In this document: piece by piece, positions 1 through 11,000 of the stretch
How the letters are laid out: every line of letters begins with the position of its first letter
How positions within the stretch are numbered: position 1 is the stretch's first letter
Source: an uncultured virus (IMG/VR IMGVR_UViG_3300028187_000002)
Taxonomy: Duplodnaviria; Heunggongvirae; Uroviricota; Caudoviricetes; Herelleviridae
Virus record (IMG/VR): IMGVR_UViG_3300028187_000002
DNA: 64,000 nucleotides
Strand: one strand, 5' to 3'
Position numbers and translations under genes: made by a program
Notes under the pieces: generated by a model
Seen by the model: only the letters and a program-made list of their open reading frames with translations
Database searches by the model: none
Told to the model about the DNA's origin: nothing

Positions 1-704
1 AGTGTCTAGAGGATAAGACTGTTCCTATAGGTGAAACCTCTGTAGATGTCAAAGTTCAGTGTACAGAAGCAGGGGAGGTTGGTAACGTACCACCTCTATC
101 TATCCGTAGTGTAATGTCTCCATTGCCAATGGTAGAGCGTATGTACAACCTATCACCTTTCCATACAGGCTTACCTGAAGAGACTACTGAACAACGTAAG
201 AAGCGCTTCAGTAACTTCATTGGTACTTTACAAAGGGGTACAGTTGAGTCCATAAAGTATGGGGTGTCTCAAATACCTGACGTTGCTGGGGTTAACGTGA
301 AAGAGGATGTAGGTCTTATCTATATTTATGTTCATGATGCACAAGGTCAGTTACCTGCTCCACTACAAGCACAAGTAGAGAACCTCCTACCTAATTACAA
401 GTGTGGGGGAATCAAACCCATTGTATCAAAGGTTAATATCAAGACGGTAGACATTGACATCAAGGTTGCTATTGAGAATGGGTTTGATAAAGGCACATAT
501 GCTCTAATCATCTACAACTCTGTTAGTACCTTCTTAGAAAAGTATACGGTGGGCAAACCTTTACTAAGAGCTGAGTTAGTGAGGTTCATAATGAACTTAG
601 ACTACAATGCTATAATGAACGTTAATCTTAGTATTGACAAGGACGTTATAGCAGTAGAGAATGAACTAGTAAGACCTGGTAAGCTTACTATAAATATAGA
701 GTAG
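1..704 (+). CDS. Baseplate J-like protein, C-terminal part (5'-truncated by window edge)
   Basis: Frame is open from base 3 (CLEDKTVPIGETSVDVKVQCTEAGEVGNV...). 'C.EAG..GN', 'G.PEET.EQ...RF' and 'RGT.ESI' are baseplate-J-type motifs; context is baseplate/tail. Confidence 0.85.
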   Translation, partial: CLEDKTVPIGETSVDVKVQCTEAGEVGNVPPLSIRSVMSPLPMVERMYNLSPFHTGLPEETTEQRKKRFSNFIGTLQRGTVESIKYGVSQIPDVAGVNVKEDVGLIYIYVHDAQGQLPAPLQAQVENLLPNYKCGGIKPIVSKVNIKTVDIDIKVAIENGFDKGTYALIIYNSVSTFLEKYTVGKPLLRAELVRFIMNLDYNAIMNVNLSIDKDVIAVENELVRPGKLTINIE

Positions 705-715
705 GAGTGGTTTAC

Positions 716-1252
716 ATGGCATTCATTAGTAAACTGGCTTCCTTCTTTAATAGAAAGTCTAAAGGGGAGTTAGGAAACCTAGCAGGTGCTTGGCAGAAGT
801 CCCTTGATAAGGCTGAATCAGACCTAACAGAACTAGAACTCCAATATATTATAGACACTGCTACTGGTGAGTGGCTAGAAGAATGGGGTTCTTGGTTTGA
901 GGTTAGTAGGAAGCTCAATGAAACAGATGAAAAGTATAGAGTCCGAATTAAGCTGAAAATGACCAGAGCCAAGAGTACTATTCCAGCACTAGTAGCAGCT
1001 GTTAAGGAAGCAATGGGGGAGGATACAATTGTAGTGCCTTATGAGACCTATAAGGACTTGTTTATACACAACATGTCCCCCCTAAGCGGAACACACAAGT
1101 TACAAGACGCTGAGTACACTAGGCTTGCAGTAGTAGTACTGAAGATAAATAAGCAACTTACACCAGAAGCTGACCTATTGGTTCGTAGTGTTAAAGGTGC
1201 AGGTATAAGACTTATAATTGAATATGTGCCTAATCTACAGCCACAACCTTAA
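716..1252 (+). CDS. Baseplate wedge protein (gpI/XkdU-like)
   Basis: 'IDTATGEWLEEWGSWF.V.R..NETDE.YR.RI' is typical of proteins following baseplate J; RBS GGAG upstream. Confidence 0.7.
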   Translation: MAFISKLASFFNRKSKGELGNLAGAWQKSLDKAESDLTELELQYIIDTATGEWLEEWGSWFEVSRKLNETDEKYRVRIKLKMTRAKSTIPALVAAVKEAMGEDTIVVPYETYKDLFIHNMSPLSGTHKLQDAEYTRLAVVVLKINKQLTPEADLLVRSVKGAGIRLIIEYVPNLQPQP

Positions 1253-1338
1253 TCATACCCTGTACCGCAATATGCGGGCAGGGATATTTTATTAGAAATT
1301 AGAATAGTAGAACTGAACGAAAAGGAGATGAAAACCAT

Positions 1339-4300
1339 ATGATTAATAAAGACGCTCCTTACTACGATGACTTTGACCCAGCCAAGAAGTACAGTAAGAT
1401 TTCCTTTGTACCAGGTAGGGTAGCCCAAGCACGTGAGTTTACTCAAATGCAGACAATCATGTATGAGTATCTTAAACGAGTATCAGATACACTGTACAGA
1501 GACGGTTCTGTAGTGTCTGGGATGGGTTGGACTCTGACTAGTAACACAATAAAGATTGAAGCAGGTAAGGTATACCTTAAAGGTGTGGTTCATCTGTTTG
1601 ATGCCCAAGAGATACCTATTACTAAAAAGGGTAAAGAAATTGTAGGTGTTAAGCTGAAAGAAGAGATAATTACAGAAGCTAATGACATCTCCCTTACAGA
1701 CCCAGCCCTTAATATGGGTAACTATGGACAACCAGGTGCTCATAGGGTTAAGTCTAGTGTTGAGCTTAAAATCAATGACCCTGATGCTTCTCCTATCTAT
1801 GAGTTTAATGAAGGGGAGCTACAGTTAGAAATGGCAAGACCCCAATTCGATAGTGGATTGATGGATATGTTAGCTAAACGTACTAGAGATACTAATGGTA
1901 ACTACCGAGTGGTTGGTTTAGATTTAAGTGCTGAAGAGCACGATGCCAATAACATGAGAGTTATAGTAGAAGCTGGTACAGCATATATAATGGGTTATGA
2001 AGTTATTAAGGTAACCCCTGTCAAGAAGATTATCCCCAAGGCTTTAGATACTCGTGTTGTGCAGAATGAACCACAGATATACTTAGGAAACCAAGACAAG
2101 TACCCATTGAATAACGCTCCTGCTAAACGTATAGACCGTGTATCTGGTGAGGTACAAATTACAGAGACCGTTACAAGAGGTGCTACTATTAATGGTATGG
2201 ACTCACTAAGTAAGACTCCTGTAGCTGATATCGTATCCATCACTGGCTATACTAAGGGAGCAGATTATCAGTTGTCTGCTGATAAAGTAGACTGGGGTGT
2301 TGGTGGCGTAGGTGCCCTTGAACCTGCTACTGGTTCTACGTACTCTGTGACATACAAGTATAGAAAGAACTTTGTTAACAACACAGATTATAAGCTTACT
2401 ACTATCACTGATGGATGGGGCGTAACAAAAGACTACATTCAGTGGCTTGCAGGGGATAAGCCTGTTAATAATACACAGGTCAACCTTGACTACCAGTTCT
2501 ACTTACCACGTGCTGACTTAGTGTCTATCGACCGTTATGGTAATGTAATAGTAACTCAAGGTCAGAGTGATGTAGAATCGAACGTAGTAGCTCCACAACC
2601 ATCTAGTGATGAACAGTTAGTCCTTGGTGCGGTTTATATAAATCCTGGACCAAATAATAAGACTGCTAAGACTAAATTCAATGCCATAACAAGAATGGAA
2701 ATGGGAGAGATTCAACGTCTAGCTAGACGTGTTGATGACTTGGAGTATAACCAAGCAATAACAGCCCTTGACCGTGATGCAATGGCAGGAGAACTACCTT
2801 CAGATTTAAAAGGTATCTTCTCTGATAGCTTTAGGTCTGTTACACGTGGTGATTTATCTCATCCAAACTTCAATATTATGTATTCATTGGAAGATGGAGT
2901 AATCATGTTACCTACAGATACAACTAAGGACATCAAGCCAAATATTAATATGGACTTGTCTAATATTAAGTCATTTGGTCGTTTAATAGGTGCTCCTATG
3001 AACGAGGTTGTAGGCATTGAGCAGCCATATGCTACTCAATCAATGTTAGTCAACCCCTATCTATCATTCAACGTATTCTCTAGCTTGAAGCTTACACCTG
3101 CTTCAGATAACTGGGTGGATGAAAGCTATATCAAGATTGAGAACACTGAATATAGCGTACGTAACTTCTATCGTTGGTGGGGACACCCAGAAGCAGTACC
3201 TTGGGTACAAGACCTGTTAGACCTTAAGATGGATGATGGGAGAACAGTAGGAGACTGGAGACCACCTTGGACACCAGGTGAGACAGTAGATACTTCACCT
3301 AGAACAACTGTATCTAAGGTTGAGAAGTCTCGTAGTATCCTAGAAGATGCTATTACTGTCATGAGACAGATTGACATAGAAATCTTCTGTGAGAACTTAC
3401 AACCTTCAGCAGATAACCTAGAGCTAACGTTCGATGGTGTTCGTGTACCACTTACTCCTGTTAAAGGTAGTGTGTCGGGTGCTAATCCTGGTACTGTTAG
3501 GGCTAATAGTTCTGGTCAAGTGTGGGCTAAGTTCAGAATACCTGCTGGTGTTAAGACTGGTACTCGTGAAGTTATGTTACGAAACAGTACTAACTCTGCG
3601 GTAGCTTCATTCACATCTATTGGTACTAAGAGAACAGTTACAGACACTATCCTAACTAAACGTATTACCCTAGTACCTGTCGATCCACTAGCACAGACAT
3701 TTGAGTTCGATAGAGACACTTTAATGACTTCTGTAGGGGTTTACTTCTCTGCCAAGCATGACACAAAACCTTGTACGGTACAGATTCGTAACGTAGTCAA
3801 TGGTTATCCAAGTAACGTTATCTATGCTGAGAAGGTTCTACAACCTTCAGATATCAAGACTAGCTCTAACGCTATCTTAGAAACTAAGATTACATTCGAT
3901 GACCCTGTTATGTGTCAAGCTAACATCCAATACTGTATAGTGGTTCTGTCGGACAATGACAAACATGCTATGTGGGTATGTGATTTAGGTCAGAAGGATG
4001 TTACTACTGGAGTACAGGTTACTCAACAGCCATACCTAATTGGTATGTTATTCAGCTCTAAGAACGCTAAGACATGGACTGCTCACCAGTCTATGAACAT
4101 GAAGTTCAAGATATACAAAGCTGAATTCCAGCCTACAGGAGTAATTGAGTTTGACCCTATCTCTAACTTAGGAGCAGACCGTCTAGTACTTCTTGCAGAC
4201 TACCTAGTACCTGCTAATACAGGCTGTATCTGGGAAGTTAGCTTAGATGATGGAATGTACGTTCCACTAGCTAACTACGAGCCACATGACTTATCACAGA

Positions 4301-4713
4301 TTGTTAGTAAGGTTAAGCTGAAAGCTACCTTCAAGTCTGAAAAGAATATGTCTCCATTAATGTCTAAGGATAGCTTCACCTTAGTAGGATTCATGTCAGG
4401 TAAGACAGGTTCATACCTAGGACGTACAGTAGAGATGCCTCAAGTCTACACTACTGTTAAGCAAACTTATGATGCTCACTTACCTGCTGGGTGTACGGTA
4501 ACTCCACAGTTCAGTTATGACGATGGGGCTACTTGGATTACACCCCCTCTAGTAAGTAGTCAACAGGTATCTTCTGATTATATCCGATATAACCATGAGG
4601 TAGCTGTACCAGCAAATAAGAATGCTAAGAAGTTTAAAGCACGCTTAAATCTATCCACACCTAATGCGGTAATTAGACCTACTGCTAGAAGGTTCATTAA
4701 TATTATGAAGTAA
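1339..4713 (+). CDS. Large baseplate/tail protein (DUF4815-like)
   Basis: N-terminus 'PYYDDFDPAKKY.KI.F.PGR.AQARE.TQ.Q' and 'DPLAQTF' are characteristic of this myovirus baseplate family; RBS AAGGAG. Confidence 0.8.
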   Translation: MINKDAPYYDDFDPAKKYSKISFVPGRVAQAREFTQMQTIMYEYLKRVSDTLYRDGSVVSGMGWTLTSNTIKIEAGKVYLKGVVHLFDAQEIPITKKGKEIVGVKLKEEIITEANDISLTDPALNMGNYGQPGAHRVKSSVELKINDPDASPIYEFNEGELQLEMARPQFDSGLMDMLAKRTRDTNGNYRVVGLDLSAEEHDANNMRVIVEAGTAYIMGYEVIKVTPVKKIIPKALDTRVVQNEPQIYLGNQDKYPLNNAPAKRIDRVSGEVQITETVTRGATINGMDSLSKTPVADIVSITGYTKGADYQLSADKVDWGVGGVGALEPATGSTYSVTYKYRKNFVNNTDYKLTTITDGWGVTKDYIQWLAGDKPVNNTQVNLDYQFYLPRADLVSIDRYGNVIVTQGQSDVESNVVAPQPSSDEQLVLGAVYINPGPNNKTAKTKFNAITRMEMGEIQRLARRVDDLEYNQAITALDRDAMAGELPSDLKGIFSDSFRSVTRGDLSHPNFNIMYSLEDGVIMLPTDTTKDIKPNINMDLSNIKSFGRLIGAPMNEVVGIEQPYATQSMLVNPYLSFNVFSSLKLTPASDNWVDESYIKIENTEYSVRNFYRWWGHPEAVPWVQDLLDLKMDDGRTVGDWRPPWTPGETVDTSPRTTVSKVEKSRSILEDAITVMRQIDIEIFCENLQPSADNLELTFDGVRVPLTPVKGSVSGANPGTVRANSSGQVWAKFRIPAGVKTGTREVMLRNSTNSAVASFTSIGTKRTVTDTILTKRITLVPVDPLAQTFEFDRDTLMTSVGVYFSAKHDTKPCTVQIRNVVNGYPSNVIYAEKVLQPSDIKTSSNAILETKITFDDPVMCQANIQYCIVVLSDNDKHAMWVCDLGQKDVTTGVQVTQQPYLIGMLFSSKNAKTWTAHQSMNMKFKIYKAEFQPTGVIEFDPISNLGADRLVLLADYLVPANTGCIWEVSLDDGMYVPLANYEPHDLSQIVSKVKLKATFKSEKNMSPLMSKDSFTLVGFMSGKTGSYLGRTVEMPQVYTTVKQTYDAHLPAGCTVTPQFSYDDGATWITPPLVSSQQVSSDYIRYNHEVAVPANKNAKKFKARLNLSTPNAVIRPTARRFINIMK

Positions 4714-4785
4714 TGAGTTTGGGCAGGTATATTATACCTGTCCATTCTTTATGCACTTTTAAATTTACAGAAAGGGGATGTTGGT

Positions 4786-5025
4786 ATGCCAGAAATGAAG
4801 GTACTGGAGAGTGGGGGTATAGTTTTCGTCCCTACGGCAGAGGAACAAAAGGTAGCAGATATGAAGATACAAGCACAGAAAGACCTAGAAGAAGCTCAAA
4901 TAATAAAGACCCAAGCCCAACAAGAGCTATTCGAGGTCAGGCAAATGAAGGAAGAAATAGAGGTGATACACAGAAGAGCAGAGAAAGTATTACAAGACTT
5001 GAAGGAGATGAGACGAAATGGCTAG
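4786..5025 (+). CDS. Small coiled-coil tail-associated protein
   Basis: RBS AGGGG; overlaps the start of the next gene; heptad-rich sequence. Confidence 0.6.
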   Translation: MPEMKVLESGGIVFVPTAEEQKVADMKIQAQKDLEEAQIIKTQAQQELFEVRQMKEEIEVIHRRAEKVLQDLKEMRRNG

Positions 5026-8000
5026 TATGAAGGTCAGATTAGGCGGTAAGTGGGTAACTGTAGCAGGTGGCGGAGTATCCCAAGAAGACCTGCAACACGT
5101 AGTAAATGAAGCTAATGACTATGCCAACAGGTTAAAAGAACAAATAGATGATGACATCAAGGCTATGGGTGACACTATTGAAGGCTTGGAAACTAATATT
5201 GAAGGTGCTTTCTCTGATGGTATTATTACTAAGACTGAAGCAAGACGTATCCAGTCTTACATAAATACTCTAGACACTAACAAAGCCCGTTTTGATAAAG
5301 AGTATAAGAGCCTTATTGAAAATGAATTCATGAACGCCAATGATAAGCAAGGCTTAATCAGTGCTAAGGCTAGCCATGATGAGAAGTTTGACCTACTTAT
5401 CAAAGCTATCAATGATGCTATTGCAGATGGAAAAGCAACTGTAGAAGAAGCTAGACACGTTAATGATAGCTTCGCTAACTACAACAATGCAGCTGCTGTA
5501 CTTACTTCTGCTATCTATGAAGCAATTGATGATATTGCAACTAACAAAACAGGAGTAGCTCTAGAAGAAGCTAAGACATTTGCTAGCCAAGCAGCAGAGG
5601 GTGTTAAGACTATACTAAACGCTGAAGTAGATGGCGTTAAGAAGTCTGTAACTGACCTAGATACAGAAATCAAGGGTGCATTCCGTGACGGTATCATACA
5701 GGAGAATGAGTTATCATCTATCAAGACTTATTTAAACACTCTTGATACATCCAAACAAGGCTTAGATAAAAGATATGACTCTACGTATAACAATGTTGAC
5801 TTGCCTGCACAGAACAAGACTAACCTTGTTACTGTTAAGATAGATTATGACCGCTCTTACAATGACCTAATCAAGACTATCAATGATGCTATTCTTGATC
5901 AATTAGGTACTCCAGAAGAGCAAGAACTTATCAATACAAAGTTTAAGGACTACAACCAAAAACTTGCGCTATTGACAACGCAATTGGAACTTGCAATTGA
6001 AGCAATTTCTAAGACTAAATCTACTAGAGCAGAAAAGAACGCAAAAGACTATTCTGACCAAATCAAAGGCGAGATGGCAGATGAGATTAAAGGGGTAGAA
6101 GATGCTACCACTGCATTGAAGACAGAAGTTCATACTACCTTTAAAGATGGAATCATAGATGCAAGTGAAGCACAGAAAATTAAGTCTTATATAAACTTAT
6201 TGGATAACAATAAGAAAGCCTTAATTGAGAGATATAATGAGCTAGTTAACAACGGATTCATCTCTCCACTAGCTAAAACAACCCTTATCTCTAAGAAGAC
6301 TTTATTCGACACTAAATATGGTCTGCTTATCAGTGAGATTAATAATGCTATAGCTGATGGTCAAACTACTGTAGGTGAGTCTCAAGCAGTAGATACTGCC
6401 TTCAATACGTATAACGACTCTGTTAAAGAGTTTACAAACGCTATGGAGAAAGCAGCAGATAGCATAGCACAGGGTAAGGCAAATGCAGCAGAGTTTAACG
6501 CTGGGCAGTATGCAGATGAGGCTAGTAATCGTCTAGATGTAATTAAAGTACGTTACATCAAGAATACTCTAACTGGCAACTCTGTAAACGCTTACAAACA
6601 CTGGACTGAAATTAAGGCTGTTAGCAAAGGTGTAAACGTTGCCACTACAGGTACAGTTACAGGTAGTACTGGTGTTACAAACCTTGGAGTTGTTAATAAC
6701 GATAAGGTAGATGACCAGTTTGCAGAAGACCGTACAACAGGAGAGTCTTGGGTACAGATTGACTTAGGAACTGTTAAAGAGGATATAGACTATATCCAAT
6801 TATGGCACTTCTACTCTGATGCTAGAACTTATAATGGCAACAAGCTAGAAGTATCTGCTGATGGTCAGAAATGGTATACTATGTTCAGCAGTGATAAGTC
6901 AGGTACGTACAAGGAATCTGCTGATGGGTTCATTATACCTGTCAATGCTGGGCGTATCTATAACCACACAATTCAACGTATCTCTACTACTGAGACTCAA
7001 ATTACTAACATCAATGGAGTTTTACAATCAGTAGTAAAGAATACAGAGTTTGAACAAGGCATTAAGGAATCTAAAGAACATGCAGATGCAGTAGCACAAG
7101 CGGTACGTAATGAGCTGTCTAACTTCTCTAACCTTATCACTACTCGTATTGATGGTATTGAAGACCAAGTGGATGGCAATATCACTACGTGGTTCTTAAC
7201 AGGAGCACCTACTCTAACTAATGCACCGGCAGTAGACTGGAATACAGACTCATTAAAAGACACTCACTTAGGTGACCTTTACTATGACTCTGCTACAGGT
7301 TATTGTTACCGATTCCTAAAGAATGGTCTTATCTATGCTTGGGCTAAAATAACTGACTCTGATGTTACAGAAGCTATCCAAAAAGCAGCTAAGGCACAAG
7401 ATACAGCAGATGGTAAGAGACGAGTATTCGTTGTTCAACCTATTCCTCCATATGACGTGGGAGACTTATGGGCACAAGGTTCTGCTGGAGACCTAATGCG
7501 CTGTAGCGTTGCTAAGACTGAAGGTGCATTATATAATGCTGGAGACTGGAGTAAAGCTTCTAAATACGTTGACCAAAAGGCAGTAGACGATACATTAAAC
7601 CCATTTGTTACTAGACTTGAGACTGCTGAGTCTTCTGTTACACAGAATGCTAGGGAAATATCTGAACGTGTTAAAATAGATACTTATACTCAAGAAATTA
7701 CTAATATTAATACTAACATTGGTAACATAGATTCTGCACAGAAGGGCACTGCTGATAAGTTAGACAAACTGGCTATAGGTGGACGTAACCTACTGAAGAA
7801 TAGTGGTAACTTTGTTACTATTGAGAACTGGACATCTGCAAATACAGCTACTGCAACTGTAATGCTGGACAAGGATGACCTTAAAATCAGCAAAGTTGGT
7901 CTTACATCTAATGTTCATATTATTAACCCTAGTCTACAGAGAATCATAGATTGGGATGTTAACAAAGACTATGTTGTTACTATTAGGGCTAAAGGTTCTG

Positions 8001-11000
8001 TCAGCTTTGACCTTAGCTTAGGTCTTCATAATAGTGGAGCTACTATTACAGCCCTTCCGATGACTTCTGTGGGTACTGTTACTACTGGGTTTAAGGAATT
8101 CTCCTTGGTATTCAAACCTAAAGTTAATGGAATCGTAGACTTCCGAATTGGTACTACTGCGATGCCTAATGGCTCCTCTTTATGGATTGACTGGGTTAAA
8201 GTTGAAGAAGGTAATAAGGCTACTGCTTGGTCACCTGCACCAGAGGACTTAACTGATTATGCAGATGTTGCAGTAGGAAAGATACTAGACTCTTCATTCG
8301 AGAAAGGTCTACGCTTCTGGAGTGCGTACAACGCTACAATTGATGTAGGAGCACCTTTACAAAGCAGTGTAGTTTATGGAACTTCTTCTGACAGCCTTAC
8401 TGGTAGAACAGCTATGTCAATAAGCAATGCTGAAGGCTGGATATTCTCTGCTAATGCTATTCCAGTTGATACAAGCCGAGTATATCGAGTACGCTTCCGT
8501 ATTAAGAAGACTAAGGATGTAACTAGTGGTGGTACTAACATATATGCTGGTGTTGCAACCTATGATAAGAACGGTAATCTACAGACTACTGCTCCTGGTA
8601 ACCACAGATACTGTGCGGTGGCAGGCAAGCCTTTAAAAGTAGCGGATGGATGGCAGTTATATGAAGGATATATCACTGGTGAAGGTAATGCAACACATAA
8701 CCAGTTTAGACCAGGTACAGCCTATGTAAAACCTATGTTCGTGGTAGACTACCAAGCTGGTGTGGGTGGTACTAATGTCATTGACTTAGTTGACTTTGAA
8801 GATGTTACTGCACAGATTAAAGCACAGGACTACTCTACAACTAAAATAGGTGAAGCTAAGCTTGCACAAGAAGAGTACGCTAGAGCACAGGCAGAGGCAG
8901 CTAAGATAGTAGCTAATGCCTATGCAGATGGCATTGTAGATGCTGAAGAGCAACGTGCAATAGATGATGCTAATGCAAAGTTAGCACAAGCTAAGGCACA
9001 TGCAGAACAGAAGGCAAAAGAGGCACAAGATGCAGCACAGGGCTATGTGGATGGCATTGAGATAGGTGGTACTAATACTATCAAGAATGCTGGCTTCAAA
9101 GATGGTCTTAACTACTGGAATGTCCACACAGGAGTATCTATAGACCCTGCTAGAGAATTCGAAGGTTATCCAACAGTGGTTAGTAACCAGACAGGTCTCA
9201 CTGACAACCAGTGGAGAGGTATAAACACTATCCCTCAAAGATATCCTGCTAAAGCAGGAGACAAGTTTGTAGCTAGCATCTATACTTATACTGAGAATCG
9301 TGCAGGAGTAGACCAAGATGCAGTCATGGAAGTAGGATTCTATGACATTAATAATGCAAGAATAGCAGGATACCCTCTTGTATCAGTACTACCTAAGGCT
9401 AACAATTCATGGGAGAGATTCACATTAAACGCAGTAGCCCCTGCTAATACTGTTTATGTGTCTGTGTACCCATATGTTAGAAGAAATGGTAAAGTATGGT
9501 TTGCTAAACCTCAACTAGAAAGAGGTACTAAAGCTACTGCATGGGGGCTTGCTCCAGAGGATATAGTAGAAGCTGTAGGCAAAATCAAGGTTGGGGGTAA
9601 AAACTTACTAGTAGGTAGTGAATCTCTGACTATCCTATCTAATAACGTTGCTGTATACCCGATATCTGTTACTAAAATGACTGAAGGTGCTGTTAGCTTC
9701 AATCGTGTTAAAAACACTAAGGCAGGGACAGATGTTAATACTATTAGTGTATATAACGCTATACCGTTTAATGTTATCTCTGACAACCTTGCGGGTAAGC
9801 AGGTTACATTCTCTCACCAAGTCCGTGCATCTAAGGCAGTAGAAGGTTCTATCATGCATGAGCTATATGGGGGATCTACATTAAAACTACCTGCCAGCAA
9901 TGCTAAGTTTGCAGTAACTACAGATTGGCAGACAGTTTCAGTTACAGTAGACATGCCTTCAAATCTTAGCACATACACAGGGGTTAGGTTCTTATTATCT
10001 TCATTCAGCAATATGGTAGACCAATATGTAGACTACAGAACTATCAAAATTGAGTTTGGTAACAGGGCTACAGACTGGACACCTGCTCCAGAAGATGTAA
10101 ATAAACTTATATCTGATGTAGACACAAAAGCTGAAAATGTTACTGGTAGAGTGGATGAGATGTCAGCCGATAATAAGCTAACTTCCTTAGAGAAGCAAGA
10201 TGCTAAGAAGGATTGGGATATTATTGCTGGAGAGTATAATAACTTCTATACCCAAGCTGATGCTTTCAAAGTCACCACAGAGAAAGCTACTTACAAGACT
10301 AGATATGATGAGCTGAATGCTTATCTTACTCCTTTGTTTGCTAAAATGAATGAGACGTCTGACATTGTAAGAGCTGACTACCGACTGAAGTTCAAGAACT
10401 ACTTTGAAGCTAAGTCTGCACTAGCAAAAGCTATATCTGATGCATCTAAGGCTCAAATTGATAACATTGTCATAGGTGGTCGTAACTACTATAAGCAGAA
10501 GAGCTTTACTGCTTCTGGGGGCACTAGTGTCACATTTGATCCTATAGAAGGTGCGTGGGTTATCACTATACCTAAGAACACTAACTCCTCTTGGAGAGGT
10601 ATAATGTACAATGCAAAGAACGCCATACTAAGAGCAGGCAGAACCTACACAGGTAGTTATGAAATTTATGCAGATGTAGTAATCCCTACTAACGTTGACA
10701 TTAATAACTTTGGAGTAACTACTACCACTGGCACTAATGATAATGATGATGTGGCTAAAAGGGTAATGAACTATACTCCTACTGTTCCTGGTAAGTGGGT
10801 CAAAGTGTCATACACTCTTACTATTCCATCTAACGCTACTCAGGATTTCTATGACAGCTCAGTGATAGGTATAAATGGTGCTGCAAATGCATGGACTCCT
10901 ACAGTCGATACTGTCATCAAAATCAAGAATATGAAGTTTGAAGAAGGTACTAGACCTACTGACTGGACTCCAGCACCAGAGGATATAGACCAACTATTAG

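Noticed and set aside
1280..1300. Possible late-promoter motif (TTTTATTAG, also near 16700)
   Set aside because: Too few and too AT-rich instances, with no consistent upstream element.
4713..5030. 105-aa track ORF overlapping 4786..5025
   Set aside because: Alternative frame with no RBS; the 79-aa ORF has an RBS and couples to the fibre gene.
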